Of a stretch of DNA of 64,000 nt, positions 43,779-53,776 are shown piece after piece (position 1 is the first letter of the stretch; every line of letters starts with the position of its first letter). A program made the translations under genes and the position numbers. The notes below the pieces were generated by a model. The model saw nothing but the letters and a program-made list of their open reading frames with translations, did not search any database and was not told the DNA's origin. Where the stretch lies: the IMG/VR virus record IMGVR_UViG_3300012352_000310, positions 1 to 64,000 of that record. One strand, written 5' to 3'. The DNA comes from a virus. Its lineage: Duplodnaviria; Heunggongvirae; Uroviricota; Caudoviricetes.

Positions 43779-44524
43779 TATAGCTCCAACACCGTCATTT
43801 CTTGAACTTGTTGAACCTTAGTACCACGCTTAAGTTTATGCCACTTTCCGCCACCATTGCGGTTATAACGAATAGCCTTTGTGCTTTCGCCATTCTTAAG
43901 AATCAAGATACCCTTTGGATTCTTCTTAGCGTATTGATAGATCTTATTCTGTTCTTCGTCTTTTACGTCAAGATAGTTAGACCATTTGTCGAACTTCTTT
44001 TTGCCTTTAGCGAATCTACGGAACACGTGATCCGGAACATCGAATGCTCCAAACTTGCGCTTCTTCTTTAGATTTACAACAGGCTGATCAGTAGATGTAG
44101 CTGCACCAGTTGTATTGGCAATAGCTCCCATCTCTTCCATTAGATCTAGGAACTGTTCGACAGTGATTTGCTCTTCAACAAGCACAACACCTTCATTCAC
44201 AATTCCAATGATATTCTTTACACGTTGTTCGTTAAGTGGAATTCCACTTTCATACGATTCTTTTACGAGATAATAAGCTGCAGCAAGAGATGCAATCTGA
44301 GACTTGCCTCCAGGCAGCTTACCAAGTAATCGCTTCAAAGAAAACACCAAACGGTCGAGCATGTCATAAGCGTCTTTCTGTTCAGAAGACTGATCTTTGA
44401 CTTTTACTAGAACGTTGCCGTCTTTATCGATGACACCACGCTTGAAAGCCTCTGTCTTCTCGAATGGTGTTACGAGAGCGTACAGAATCCTAAAAGCAAT
44501 GAGATTGTCAACATAGTTGGCCAT
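43778..44524 (-). CDS. hypothetical protein
   Basis: 248-aa minus ORF, basic C-terminus. Confidence 0.55.
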   Translation of the reverse strand: MANYVDNLIAFRILYALVTPFEKTEAFKRGVIDKDGNVLVKVKDQSSEQKDAYDMLDRLVFSLKRLLGKLPGGKSQIASLAAAYYLVKESYESGIPLNEQRVKNIIGIVNEGVVLVEEQITVEQFLDLMEEMGAIANTTGAATSTDQPVVNLKKKRKFGAFDVPDHVFRRFAKGKKKFDKWSNYLDVKDEEQNKIYQYAKKNPKGILILKNGESTKAIRYNRNGGGKWHKLKRGTKVQQVQEMTVLEL

Positions 44525-44877
44525 CAGATTTTCCTTAAAATATCTACTACATGTTGATCCATAGGGACATATGATTGCTTGTCCTCTGGAATTCTATTTA
44601 GGTATACTAAAAATGTCATTAACGCTGGCCAATGCTCTTCAGTTATCTTAAAGAAAAGCATGTTAGTGGTAGCGTTACCAAACAAATTATAAAGCACAAT
44701 GATATGGTTGAGGATCAAGCGTTCTTTTAGTTCGCCGTTCCTCTTGTACCTATTTAACAGCTTCTGCAAATGCAGAAACCTTTTCAGATCTTCCTCAAAC
44801 TCTTTAACACTCATACACTGATGATTAGTGTAATTGTGCATAGCGTGCAAAAGGAAATTGTCTTCACTTAATACCAT
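44524..44877 (-). CDS. hypothetical protein
   Basis: 117-aa minus ORF. Confidence 0.5.
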   Translation of the reverse strand: MVLSEDNFLLHAMHNYTNHQCMSVKEFEEDLKRFLHLQKLLNRYKRNGELKERLILNHIIVLYNLFGNATTNMLFFKITEEHWPALMTFLVYLNRIPEDKQSYVPMDQHVVDILRKI

Positions 44878-44917
44878 AGGCTAAGCGGGGGCACAAGGCC
44901 CCCTATCATGTAGTTAA

Positions 44918-45475
44918 TTAAGAAGCAGTGACTGTCAATGTAGCTGAACGAGAGTTAACTGTACGTGTGTCAGCAGCGCCAACCTTTACACGGAACTTGT
45001 CGCCGTTGTCTGCTAGAACAGCTAGAGTACCAGTTGTGTAGCTAGCTGATGTTGCGCCAGAAATGTCAGACCATGTTGTAGCGCCAGCTTCTTGCTTTTG
45101 CCACTGGTATGTCAATGTAGCTGTTGGTGTAACTGTTGCTACGACAGTGAATGTAGCTGTTGCACCAGCGACTGCGCTTGTTGCAGCTGGTTGTGTAGTG
45201 ATAGCAATTGTACGATCGCCTACGACTGCGTCGTCTGCTGCATCGCCAGTAATATTGCCACCGAATGCAACAAGAACTTCTGCTTTGCTGCGAGTGTTAC
45301 CTTGAGCATCGACATAACTAGAAACTTTTGTCCAACCTGGTGTCTTAATACCAGCTGCACGGTTGTTTGCAAGTTGTGCTTCTGCAACAGAGACACCGAC
45401 AGTTGCTGTCTTTTCGTCTGCTGTTAGATATTTTGGCTTGTTGTCAGCCTGATCAGTTGTGCCCCATAGTGCCAT
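44918..45475 (-). CDS. Ig-like (Big-type) domain protein, Hoc-like decoration candidate
   Basis: 185 aa; Thr/Ala-rich beta-strand repeats (TATLTYQWQKQEAG..). Confidence 0.5.
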   Translation of the reverse strand: MALWGTTDQADNKPKYLTADEKTATVGVSVAEAQLANNRAAGIKTPGWTKVSSYVDAQGNTRSKAEVLVAFGGNITGDAADDAVVGDRTIAITTQPAATSAVAGATATFTVVATVTPTATLTYQWQKQEAGATTWSDISGATSASYTTGTLAVLADNGDKFRVKVGAADTRTVNSRSATLTVTAS

Positions 45476-45526
45476 TTGATTTCTCCTTAGATTTGGAAGG
45501 GAGAGATTTACTCTCCCGAATTCTTT

Positions 45527-46954
45527 TTACTTAGATATTCTATTTAGTAGATCGTGGAAAGTGTACTTCTTAACGTTGCCGCTATTGTCACTACCCTTCT
45601 TAGGGCGACCACGTCCGCGCTTTTCAGCTGGCGCAGCTACCTTTTTCTTTTCGTTGCCTTCACGATCAGTTTCATATTCTGATCCATATGTACCTTTGTG
45701 ACGAACACCAGTTGCAGTCTTAATCACTTCGCCTTCGTCAAGTTCTTCTTCCTCTTTAAGCTTTGGTTTTTGCTTAGCTTTTTCAGCATCGCGTGCTTGT
45801 TTTTCTGCACGCTCTTTAGCAATCATCGCAGCCATAAGGCCAAGTTTATTCTTATCAGATGCTGTCAATTGACGGCCGTGATCATCTGGTACTCTGCCTT
45901 CATCTATTTCGATTACGTCTAGATCTTCATTAAAGCTCTTTTTGCCATCGTCTTCACCATTGTTGAAGTGAATGTCTTTAGAACGCTTGCGACCTAGTTT
46001 ATCTGCTTTCTTATCAGCAGTCTTTTCTAGTTTTTCTTCGCCTTGTTCTTCTTCGTCATCTTCAACTGTAGCTTCAGCAATGTAGCTCATGAAGTTTTTA
46101 TAAGATAACTTAGTATCTTGTGGTACAAAAGATTCTTTGATTGCATCAGGATGATTTTTAGCATGCGCATGGGCAGCACGAGAAGCAGCGTTATCGCCAA
46201 TCTTTTCGTAAGCATCTAGATATGCTTTAGCGCCTTCTGCAGCTGCCGACTTAGTCTTGTAACCATGCTGACCTAAGTACATTGTTGTGCCTTTTGTCTT
46301 ATGCACAACTTTAGGACGATGACCGCCGAATTGGCTTGGTTCAGAAGTAGCACGGTAGTGATCAGCGTTGATAGCTTCTTCTAGTTCAACTTCTTCTTTA
46401 GTAAGATCAGCCTTTACTTTATCGATTCCAGCTTGACGTTTTTCAGCTTTATTAGTCCAGTGATCTTTACGCTTAGTCCAAGCTGGATTGCTTGGATCTT
46501 CAGTTTCGCGCTTTGCATCAAGACTAGCTTGTTTCTTATAATCTTCTGGCTTACGCTTGCCAGTTGTAGCTTTTACAAAATAGCTAAGCTTAGTCTGCTT
46601 TGAGATTTCATCAATCTGTTCTTCGCACAGGTCTTCATATTCAAACTCCACACCTTCTTGATACACGCGATGAACTTCATGGTCACCAGCAGCGTCAGAA
46701 TCAGCCCACTTTTCATAGTGTTGTTGAGATTTGAACTTCTTAACGAAAGGCTTGGACTTCATACCTTTGACGCCTTGCGCAAACACTGGCTTCTTTTCAT
46801 CCATATCTTTTTGATACGCGCCAGCTTCGTCTAGTTCTTCTTCTTTACGAAGTTTCTTGAAGTCGTCAGCGTCTAGTTTACCATTCTTGTTTTTATCAAG
46901 CTTGTGCTGGTTGCCGACTAAGGCTTCGCTAAATTGTTTAAAGTTTATTGACAT
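45527..46954 (-). CDS. highly charged Lys/Glu/Asp-rich repeat protein (paralog of 46970-47896 product)
   Basis: 475 aa; recurring EEVELxE and HKxKGxxxY...AxAY units. Confidence 0.6.
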   Translation of the reverse strand: MSINFKQFSEALVGNQHKLDKNKNGKLDADDFKKLRKEEELDEAGAYQKDMDEKKPVFAQGVKGMKSKPFVKKFKSQQHYEKWADSDAAGDHEVHRVYQEGVEFEYEDLCEEQIDEISKQTKLSYFVKATTGKRKPEDYKKQASLDAKRETEDPSNPAWTKRKDHWTNKAEKRQAGIDKVKADLTKEEVELEEAINADHYRATSEPSQFGGHRPKVVHKTKGTTMYLGQHGYKTKSAAAEGAKAYLDAYEKIGDNAASRAAHAHAKNHPDAIKESFVPQDTKLSYKNFMSYIAEATVEDDEEEQGEEKLEKTADKKADKLGRKRSKDIHFNNGEDDGKKSFNEDLDVIEIDEGRVPDDHGRQLTASDKNKLGLMAAMIAKERAEKQARDAEKAKQKPKLKEEEELDEGEVIKTATGVRHKGTYGSEYETDREGNEKKKVAAPAEKRGRGRPKKGSDNSGNVKKYTFHDLLNRISK

Positions 46955-46969
46955 AGTGGTTTCCTTAGC

Positions 46970-47896
46970 TTAGTTATTTGGCTTATGCTTCATTGCAAGT
47001 TCGTGATGCTCTTCACCCTTTTCAGCATGTCTATCAGCTGTACTATGACGACCCTTTTCGCCGTGCCACTGAGCTAAATTATCGTGGTAGTCGGCCATGT
47101 GTAGGTGGTGAGCAAACATATCACCTTGTTTCTTAGCAGCATCTGCTGAACGCTTGTTCTCTTCAGACTTTGCATAAGCATCGCTTTCTTCAGCCATAAG
47201 TTCTTCAGTCTTCATAGAAGATGCTGGCTGTGGTGAGTGATACTCTGTCTCATGCACTTTGTAACCCTTCTTTTTATAGAAGGCTGATGCCTTGGCATGA
47301 GCTTCGTCTTTGTCTTTAGCCTTGACGATCACACGCTTCATGATCTTTTCTTTGCGTTGTGAAACTGCAGGATGATTAGGATCAGAAACTGTTACAATAA
47401 CTTTGTGTTGATCAGCGCCTTCATTCAGTTCAACTTCTTCACGCATTTGTGAATATTTGTCTAGAAGGTCTTTATGCTTAGCAATATCAGTCGATTTCAA
47501 TGTGTAGCGAGCAGTTTTAGCGTTATCAAGATGCATCTGCTTTTTCTTTTCGTCGCCACGATCATGAGCAGCAATTGCTTTATTCATATGATAGACGAAA
47601 GTACTTTCGTCTAGTTCAACTTCTTCTGAGACGTATGAACGATGCACAGATACTTGTTTGTCTGGATATTTCTTTGAGACTGCAGCATGAGCTTTTGATG
47701 CTTCGCCATGTGAACCAAAAGTCTTCCAAGGGCGTCCGTTAATATAGACTTTGTGAACTTCACGAGACTTAGACTTGCCATAACCTTCGTCATTAGCGCC
47801 ACCGTCTGCATGCCATGCTGCAGAACGATTCTTACCCATATAGAAAGCTTCTTTAACGCTTTCGTCCATTCCTTCGAATTCTAGAAAACTCTTCAT
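46970..47896 (-). CDS. highly charged repeat protein (paralog)
   Basis: 308 aa; shares EVHKVY, EEVELDE/EEVELNE, KKKGYKVHE units with neighbour. Confidence 0.6.
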   Translation of the reverse strand: MKSFLEFEGMDESVKEAFYMGKNRSAAWHADGGANDEGYGKSKSREVHKVYINGRPWKTFGSHGEASKAHAAVSKKYPDKQVSVHRSYVSEEVELDESTFVYHMNKAIAAHDRGDEKKKQMHLDNAKTARYTLKSTDIAKHKDLLDKYSQMREEVELNEGADQHKVIVTVSDPNHPAVSQRKEKIMKRVIVKAKDKDEAHAKASAFYKKKGYKVHETEYHSPQPASSMKTEELMAEESDAYAKSEENKRSADAAKKQGDMFAHHLHMADYHDNLAQWHGEKGRHSTADRHAEKGEEHHELAMKHKPNN

Positions 47897-47897
47897 A

Positions 47898-48344
47898 TCA
47901 TTCTCCAGATTTCAAGTGCGATCTTAGCATCCATGCTTGCTTAGCAAATTCATCTAGTAAGCCGGCAGCAAAATCTGCAAGACCTTGATTGTTTGCAGCG
48001 TCTGCATCTGCAAAGAGTTTATTTAGGTTGGCAGTGATCTGAGCATTGCAATCTAATAGATTCATAACCATTGCTTGGAAAGACTCTGGCTTGACAGTAT
48101 CTTCTTGAATAGTCTTGGATGGATATAGATCTTCTAGACTGATTGGAGCATAAGATCCAAGTGCACGCATTTGTTCTGCGATTGCGTCAATCTTTCCGTA
48201 GAATTGTTCGTATACGTCACCAAAGTACGCGTGGTCTTGAGCAAAGTTACGGCCTTCAATGTTCCAATGGTATGACTGCGCCTTAAAGTAAGACACAAAC
48301 ATATTAGCAAGAAGCTGCTTAAGTGTTGCTGATAGTGGGTTCAT
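47898..48344 (-). CDS. Dps-family ferritin-like protein
   Basis: 148 aa; SYHWNIEGRNFAQDHAYFGDVYEQFYGKIDAIAEQMRALG matches Dps ferroxidase-site pattern. Confidence 0.75.
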   Translation of the reverse strand: MNPLSATLKQLLANMFVSYFKAQSYHWNIEGRNFAQDHAYFGDVYEQFYGKIDAIAEQMRALGSYAPISLEDLYPSKTIQEDTVKPESFQAMVMNLLDCNAQITANLNKLFADADAANNQGLADFAAGLLDEFAKQAWMLRSHLKSGE

Positions 48345-48353
48345 GGGGTTTCC

Positions 48354-51077
48354 TTATTTTGTATAGCTCTTGTGTGCTAGACGATCGTTTTCAATCTTAC
48401 GCACTCTTGGAGCCATCTTCATAGCTAATCTATTTATGACAGCTTTACGACGCTGAATGATTCGTTCAATACGTTCTTTTTCTGCAACAGATAGTTTGTC
48501 TAATGGTTTCTTAGCTATGCGCTGCTTCATAGATTGAATAGCTAAGCGACGGGCGCGTTTATTTATGGTAGCTGTGCTGGAACGTGATTTCAATGCGATC
48601 TTAATCTTACGTTCACGCTTAGATTGAGTACGAGCAAATCTAACTTTAGCTCTCATACGTTCCATACGAGATAGAACTTCGTTCAATACTTCTTCAGCTA
48701 TATCTTCGATGTGTTCGCCTGTCTCGTCATCAACAAGAGCTAGTTCATCATCTTCATAAGCATCTAGAATATCGTCTTCATCTTCTAGATCACTAACGAT
48801 CTTATCCATCTCGTCGTCAGTTAGATCTAATTCGTCGCCAAGATCTTCTACTTCTTCTGAAGTCTTAGTTAATCCAAGTGTTAGATCGTCTTCGTCATCA
48901 GGAATATCTTCTTCAGTTCCTTCTTTTAGACGTTCTTTTTCTGACTGTTGCTTTGTTGCTAATGATGCTTTTTCTTGAGCATGCTTAACTTGAAGTTGAG
49001 CTGCTTCATGTTTTTTCTTAGCTGCTTCAACAGGATCGGCTTCTTCAGTTCTATATGCAACCTTCATTCTACGAAGGTGATGGTTATCTTCTGGAGATAC
49101 CATTGCATGACCAACTTGGTTTGGTTCTTGAACGATAGTGTCACTATCAGATTCATCGTCTTTTACGCTACGAACTTTAGACAACTGCTTCTGCAATACA
49201 GAAGTATCTTTACCAAGTGTTTTAGCTGTAGCGATTTCTTCTAGAATCTTAGAGATTTCTTCTTTAACATGCTTCTTAAGGTCGTTAGCAAACTGCTTAT
49301 TAGTTGCTTTCATAATACCAGAAAAACGCTTGTTGCCTTTCTTGAAGTCACCGGCTTTGTCTGCAGCAGATGCATCATCAGAAGCAGCTTTCTTGTAACG
49401 ACTTAACAGATCGGTAGAAAGTTCGTTAACAACTTCTTCATGAGCTAGTTTTCTCATTCCAGGATCAATGCTGCCATTATTATCGTAGCGATGCTGTACA
49501 CCTTTTTTACCAGATTTTTGTAAATCTTTCATAGCCTTGTCGGCGTCTGCATAGTTTTTGTGGGTGCTTGTCTTAATCCAATCGCCACGTGAATTACGAT
49601 AACCTACGTGAATGGTTTCTTCAGATACTTTCTGTGGTACTAACTTATCATCGTACTTAATTTCTGCTTCTTTAGCAGTCTGTAGCATCTTATGAAGCAC
49701 TTCAACATACTCAGGACGCATAGGTTTGCTGCGTACTTTACGTAGAGCATTGTTGATTAGTTGTTCTGGATTGGAAGACTTTTCTACGTCTTCAAGGCCT
49801 AGTGCCGAAGCAATGACACGCGCGACTTTGATCTTATCTGTAGCGTTGAATTTCATTTCTATTAGTTGTCCTTCTAGTTCTACTGAATCTGCAAATTCCG
49901 CGCCCTGAGTCTCAGGAGTGAAATTGTTCTCCATGTCTTGGATTTCGTGTTCATGAGTATGCCAATAGTCAAAGTGGTGCATGAACTCTCCAATACGATT
50001 TAGAGAATCTCTAGCCTTATCATGTGCGTCATGCCATGCCGCCAATTCGGCAGCTTCAGGTACCTTGTCCTGTTGCAAATGCGAATCGTTGATTTTCATG
50101 TAAGTGTCGGTCGACTTAAGTGCGTTTAGGATCGCGACAGCGTCCTTAATTTGTCCAGCGTTATAACGTTGGATTGTAGTTTGAAAGGCTTTAGTGGCAT
50201 CAGCTGAATGATGAAGATTCTTTGTCTTGTAACCCTTAAACGATATTTCTTCTGGCGCTTGACCAGTTGGGATGTCTTCCGCGATGAACGTCGGCTGAAC
50301 TGAATCTAACCACTTTTTACTGATGTCGCCAGATTCATTGACTACAGTTACGTAGTTAGCACCTCTATCGACAACCTCATACACTGACTCACCATCGGTG
50401 ACTTTGTCACCAACATTAAAAATCTCTCCTGCATGATACTTCTCACGAAGTTCGTTGCGCTCAAACTTAACTTGCTCTTTGATAACATCCATTCCCAAGC
50501 CTTGACGAATTTCATTCATCAAGCGCTTACCATCGATGTCTGTTAGGGTATGTGGAAGACCCTTCTTGAATAACTGATAGTCACCCTTCTTTGCGGCTTC
50601 ACGCATCTTAGTGCCAGACATACCGGCTGCGTTGTCAGCATCTGGATCGCGTTCACCAGCAGAAACAACTTCAATAGTTTCGAAGTTGAATGCATCAGTG
50701 CCGTTATACTTCTCTAAAATTCTCTTATACTCAGGAACACGATCGGAACCAGCGAGCATGACAAGATGCTTGTACTTCTTTGACAAAGCACCAGCAGCTT
50801 CAATGAATGTTCTGATTTGTTCGTTTGCCGCGACGAAGTTCGTCTTCGGAAACATTTTCTTAAGATAGTAGACTTTACGATCTACTTGGAGAGGATTAGA
50901 CTTTTTGTCTTGAGTGCGCGAAGCAAAGATGATATGGTCGGCTTTTTGTTTGCCGGCAATCTTTTTGACTGCGTTGACCAATAGCTCGTGACCATTTGTA
51001 GGCGGTTGGAATCTACCAAACGCCATGACGACCTTCTTAGAAGGCAGTTCTTGTACTAACTGTCTGTATGCTTTCAT
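48354..51077 (-). CDS. large late protein: N-terminal NMNAT/cytidylyltransferase-like domain fused to ~730-aa charged coiled-coil region
   Basis: 907 aa; MAFGRFQPPTNGH (HxGH-type) and MSGTKMREA (ISST-like) motifs in first 170 aa; late promoter 30 nt upstream. Confidence 0.7.
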   Translation of the reverse strand: MKAYRQLVQELPSKKVVMAFGRFQPPTNGHELLVNAVKKIAGKQKADHIIFASRTQDKKSNPLQVDRKVYYLKKMFPKTNFVAANEQIRTFIEAAGALSKKYKHLVMLAGSDRVPEYKRILEKYNGTDAFNFETIEVVSAGERDPDADNAAGMSGTKMREAAKKGDYQLFKKGLPHTLTDIDGKRLMNEIRQGLGMDVIKEQVKFERNELREKYHAGEIFNVGDKVTDGESVYEVVDRGANYVTVVNESGDISKKWLDSVQPTFIAEDIPTGQAPEEISFKGYKTKNLHHSADATKAFQTTIQRYNAGQIKDAVAILNALKSTDTYMKINDSHLQQDKVPEAAELAAWHDAHDKARDSLNRIGEFMHHFDYWHTHEHEIQDMENNFTPETQGAEFADSVELEGQLIEMKFNATDKIKVARVIASALGLEDVEKSSNPEQLINNALRKVRSKPMRPEYVEVLHKMLQTAKEAEIKYDDKLVPQKVSEETIHVGYRNSRGDWIKTSTHKNYADADKAMKDLQKSGKKGVQHRYDNNGSIDPGMRKLAHEEVVNELSTDLLSRYKKAASDDASAADKAGDFKKGNKRFSGIMKATNKQFANDLKKHVKEEISKILEEIATAKTLGKDTSVLQKQLSKVRSVKDDESDSDTIVQEPNQVGHAMVSPEDNHHLRRMKVAYRTEEADPVEAAKKKHEAAQLQVKHAQEKASLATKQQSEKERLKEGTEEDIPDDEDDLTLGLTKTSEEVEDLGDELDLTDDEMDKIVSDLEDEDDILDAYEDDELALVDDETGEHIEDIAEEVLNEVLSRMERMRAKVRFARTQSKRERKIKIALKSRSSTATINKRARRLAIQSMKQRIAKKPLDKLSVAEKERIERIIQRRKAVINRLAMKMAPRVRKIENDRLAHKSYTK

Positions 51078-51107
51078 TTAATCCATCTATGTTAAAGTAT
51101 ATCAATT

Positions 51108-51115
51108 ATTTATAT
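51108..51115 (-). promoter_or_regulatory. T4-type late promoter TATAAATA
   Basis: plus TATTTATA = minus TATAAATA, 30 nt upstream of 907-aa gene ATG. Confidence 0.6.
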
Positions 51116-52383
51116 CAGTATATTTCTCTCCACTGCATAGCAACGCCAACAGTGGTAGTTGATGCGCCTAAATTTGTGACTACAACAGCGAAAATCTCCG
51201 AGTCTGTGCAATCAAAGTTCTGTACAATATAGTTTTTCTTAGCCGAAGAAGGTTGCTGTCCTGCTGGAGCACCACCAGTTTTCTGGCTTCCCTGCGTTGC
51301 TGCAGTAGCCCAACCAGCATCAATCACATCACCACTTGTATACGCAGTGGCGTCGACATTATACTGAACGCCACTATCTGCGTGCACATCAGTCCAAGTT
51401 GTTTCTGTTAGCTGGGCTGATCCAGGCAACTTGACTAGCTGCCATCTTATATTTTCACCACTACTAAACATACTCAAATTACCCATACGAACAATAGATC
51501 TATTTGGGATACCTCTTAGCGTAGCCTTTAAACGAATAGCCATAACTGGCAGTGTCTGGCCCGCAGTGAGTGTTCTTGGTGTGTTTGCATGAGCCCAATC
51601 TTGACCAGCTTCAACATAACCACCCTCAGACATAACAGTAGAACAAATCTGATCCATATATGTAAGAGTTGATTGACTACTGCCAACAGAGACCGTGTTA
51701 ATCATCTCGCAACGAATCGGTAAGTTTGGAGTAGACATATAAACTCTATCCAACACATTGCTGTTATAAAACTCGTGCGCTATAACATACTTACCGTCAT
51801 GCACAAAACCACAACGAACTCTACCAACACCTAGCCACTGAAAGTCAAAGAACACAAGTTGTGTTTTATCGATATCAAAGTTGAAACCACTAGCGCCAGT
51901 TCCATCGCACTTGTCTTTGTTCCAATCTTCTTGACTAACAATGCGTTCAGCAACAACTCCTCCACTTGCCTTTGATCTTATCACAAACTGTAATACACCT
52001 GGTTGTACATCTACTGCGTTCGATTGAAAGTATATACCATTATCATCATCGTAGTAACCAGTGCGCTTATATACACCATCAACGTGTTCGTACATATTAA
52101 AACTAGAAAGAATCAGTTGACTCTTTCCTGGCATATAATGATGATAGAATTTTGATTGATGAACAATTCTACTATTTTCTGCCCGTGAAACAGACAACTG
52201 CGCACATGCTCTTGCGTTTTGGTAAATTATTCCCGCGCCATTTGTTGTCACTTCTAAAAAGTTTGGATCGATGCCGTAAATGTGTTTGTAATCGCCTAGT
52301 GTAAATGGTGTACTAGTACGATTGCGACCAAAAGCATCACCCAGATCTGGGTCTTGAAACAAAAACGTCATACTATTCTCCAA
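51115..52383 (-). CDS. hypothetical beta-rich protein (possible structural, jelly-roll-like)
   Basis: 422 aa; no recognisable T4 homolog; overlaps upstream gene by 16 nt. Confidence 0.55.
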   Translation of the reverse strand: MENSMTFLFQDPDLGDAFGRNRTSTPFTLGDYKHIYGIDPNFLEVTTNGAGIIYQNARACAQLSVSRAENSRIVHQSKFYHHYMPGKSQLILSSFNMYEHVDGVYKRTGYYDDDNGIYFQSNAVDVQPGVLQFVIRSKASGGVVAERIVSQEDWNKDKCDGTGASGFNFDIDKTQLVFFDFQWLGVGRVRCGFVHDGKYVIAHEFYNSNVLDRVYMSTPNLPIRCEMINTVSVGSSQSTLTYMDQICSTVMSEGGYVEAGQDWAHANTPRTLTAGQTLPVMAIRLKATLRGIPNRSIVRMGNLSMFSSGENIRWQLVKLPGSAQLTETTWTDVHADSGVQYNVDATAYTSGDVIDAGWATAATQGSQKTGGAPAGQQPSSAKKNYIVQNFDCTDSEIFAVVVTNLGASTTTVGVAMQWREIY

Positions 52384-53195
52384 CCATTTCTATAAATCAT
52401 TTGAATTGCTCCGTTATTCATCGCTAGAACAAATCCATTTGGATCGTTGTCTACGGTGCCTTGTACTGTTATCGGATAGACTGAAGCTCTTCCAGACTCG
52501 TCTTTGATAATTATGTATCTTCCGTCTTTAGCAAGTGATGGTAGTGTCAATGTTACTCTACCTTCATAATTAACACCAATATAGTAATCTTTTCTTCCTA
52601 TTGTATATGAAGCAGAGTTTACTAGTCTAGTCTGATGATCGAGACTTATTACATCGCCTGCGCCACCGCCTGGTCCAGCGGCAGATATTTTTCCAAGCCA
52701 CTGTTCCATAAACTTAAGTTTATCTAAGATTGCTTTCATCTCAGCATTTGTTTGCTGTTCAATTGGTTGTTGAAATGAGTGCGAATCTTTTGGAAGTGCA
52801 CGAAGATATTTTTCAACACCAATTGCAGCTTCAACTGGAGTCTTAGTCAGCTCTTCGACTTTAGCTTCTTCAATAGGCTCTACAGGAGCAACTTCATCTA
52901 AAAACTGAACTTCTTCCACTAAACTTTCTTCGACTACAAGATCTTCTTTTTTAGTAGCGCCTTCTAATTGAGTAAACAGAGCTCCTAAGTCTTCTTGTAT
53001 AGACTCGCGAACGTGTTTAACGAGTTGCTGTTTTGGATCTTTTGCAGCAACTTGGCTCAATTGCGAAAAAAGCGAAGAGAGGTCACCAGCGGCAGCCTCT
53101 TTTGCTTCTTTTACTATTTTATGTTTTGGATCTTCAACTTTGGCTTTTGCCATAGCTTTGAAGAAGTCGTTTAATTCACTCATTTTTCTGGCCAA
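52368..53195 (-). CDS. hypothetical protein, acidic coiled-coil N-term, beta-rich C-term
   Basis: 275-aa ORF. Confidence 0.55.
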   Translation of the reverse strand: MARKMSELNDFFKAMAKAKVEDPKHKIVKEAKEAAAGDLSSLFSQLSQVAAKDPKQQLVKHVRESIQEDLGALFTQLEGATKKEDLVVEESLVEEVQFLDEVAPVEPIEEAKVEELTKTPVEAAIGVEKYLRALPKDSHSFQQPIEQQTNAEMKAILDKLKFMEQWLGKISAAGPGGGAGDVISLDHQTRLVNSASYTIGRKDYYIGVNYEGRVTLTLPSLAKDGRYIIIKDESGRASVYPITVQGTVDNDPNGFVLAMNNGAIQMIYRNGWRIV

Positions 53196-53328
53196 GTTTC
53201 AAAGTCTTTTAGTGGCTCTGGTGTTACTGGTTTTTCGCCAGGCGTAGCTTTCTTGCGAGTCTGTGTTAGCTTATCTGTACCGATATCGCCTTGAGTATTC
53301 TCTTCGCAGAATTGCTTAAATGTTTGCA

Positions 53329-53775
53329 TTAGTTACACCAACTTGTTTTTGCTTCGCCGTAATATTCTCTAGCATATCCATTTGCAATAAGCATTTGACG
53401 TAAGCTTTGACCATCTAGAATAACGTCGCCAAGAACTCGGCCACCATACTTATCCCAGTCCATTAGAATAATCTGACGATTTGTAGAAGCGCTTATCGCT
53501 TTCTTGGTGAACTCTGTCGCAGCCAATCCACGTTGAGCTTCTGATTCGCACTTAGCGCGAAACCCTTTTTCTGGAGTGTCAACACCGAATACTCGAATGC
53601 TCAACTCTTTCTTTAGAGGATCAGGCAACCAAGTTGCTTGAAATGCTACAGTGTCGCCGTCAATAACACGGGTCAACGTTGCTTTATATATCACGCCTTC
53701 TTTTTGCTTTTGTGCAAAGGCAGGAGCTGCTAGTAATGCTCCTGCTATAAACGCTGTTAGTAGTTTCTTAATCAT
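53329..53775 (-). CDS. secreted staphylococcal-nuclease (SNase/thermonuclease) homolog
   Basis: 148 aa; signal peptide; VIDGDT and GVDTPE catalytic motifs. Confidence 0.75.
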   Translation of the reverse strand: MIKKLLTAFIAGALLAAPAFAQKQKEGVIYKATLTRVIDGDTVAFQATWLPDPLKKELSIRVFGVDTPEKGFRAKCESEAQRGLAATEFTKKAISASTNRQIILMDWDKYGGRVLGDVILDGQSLRQMLIANGYAREYYGEAKTSWCN

Positions 53776-53776
53776 A

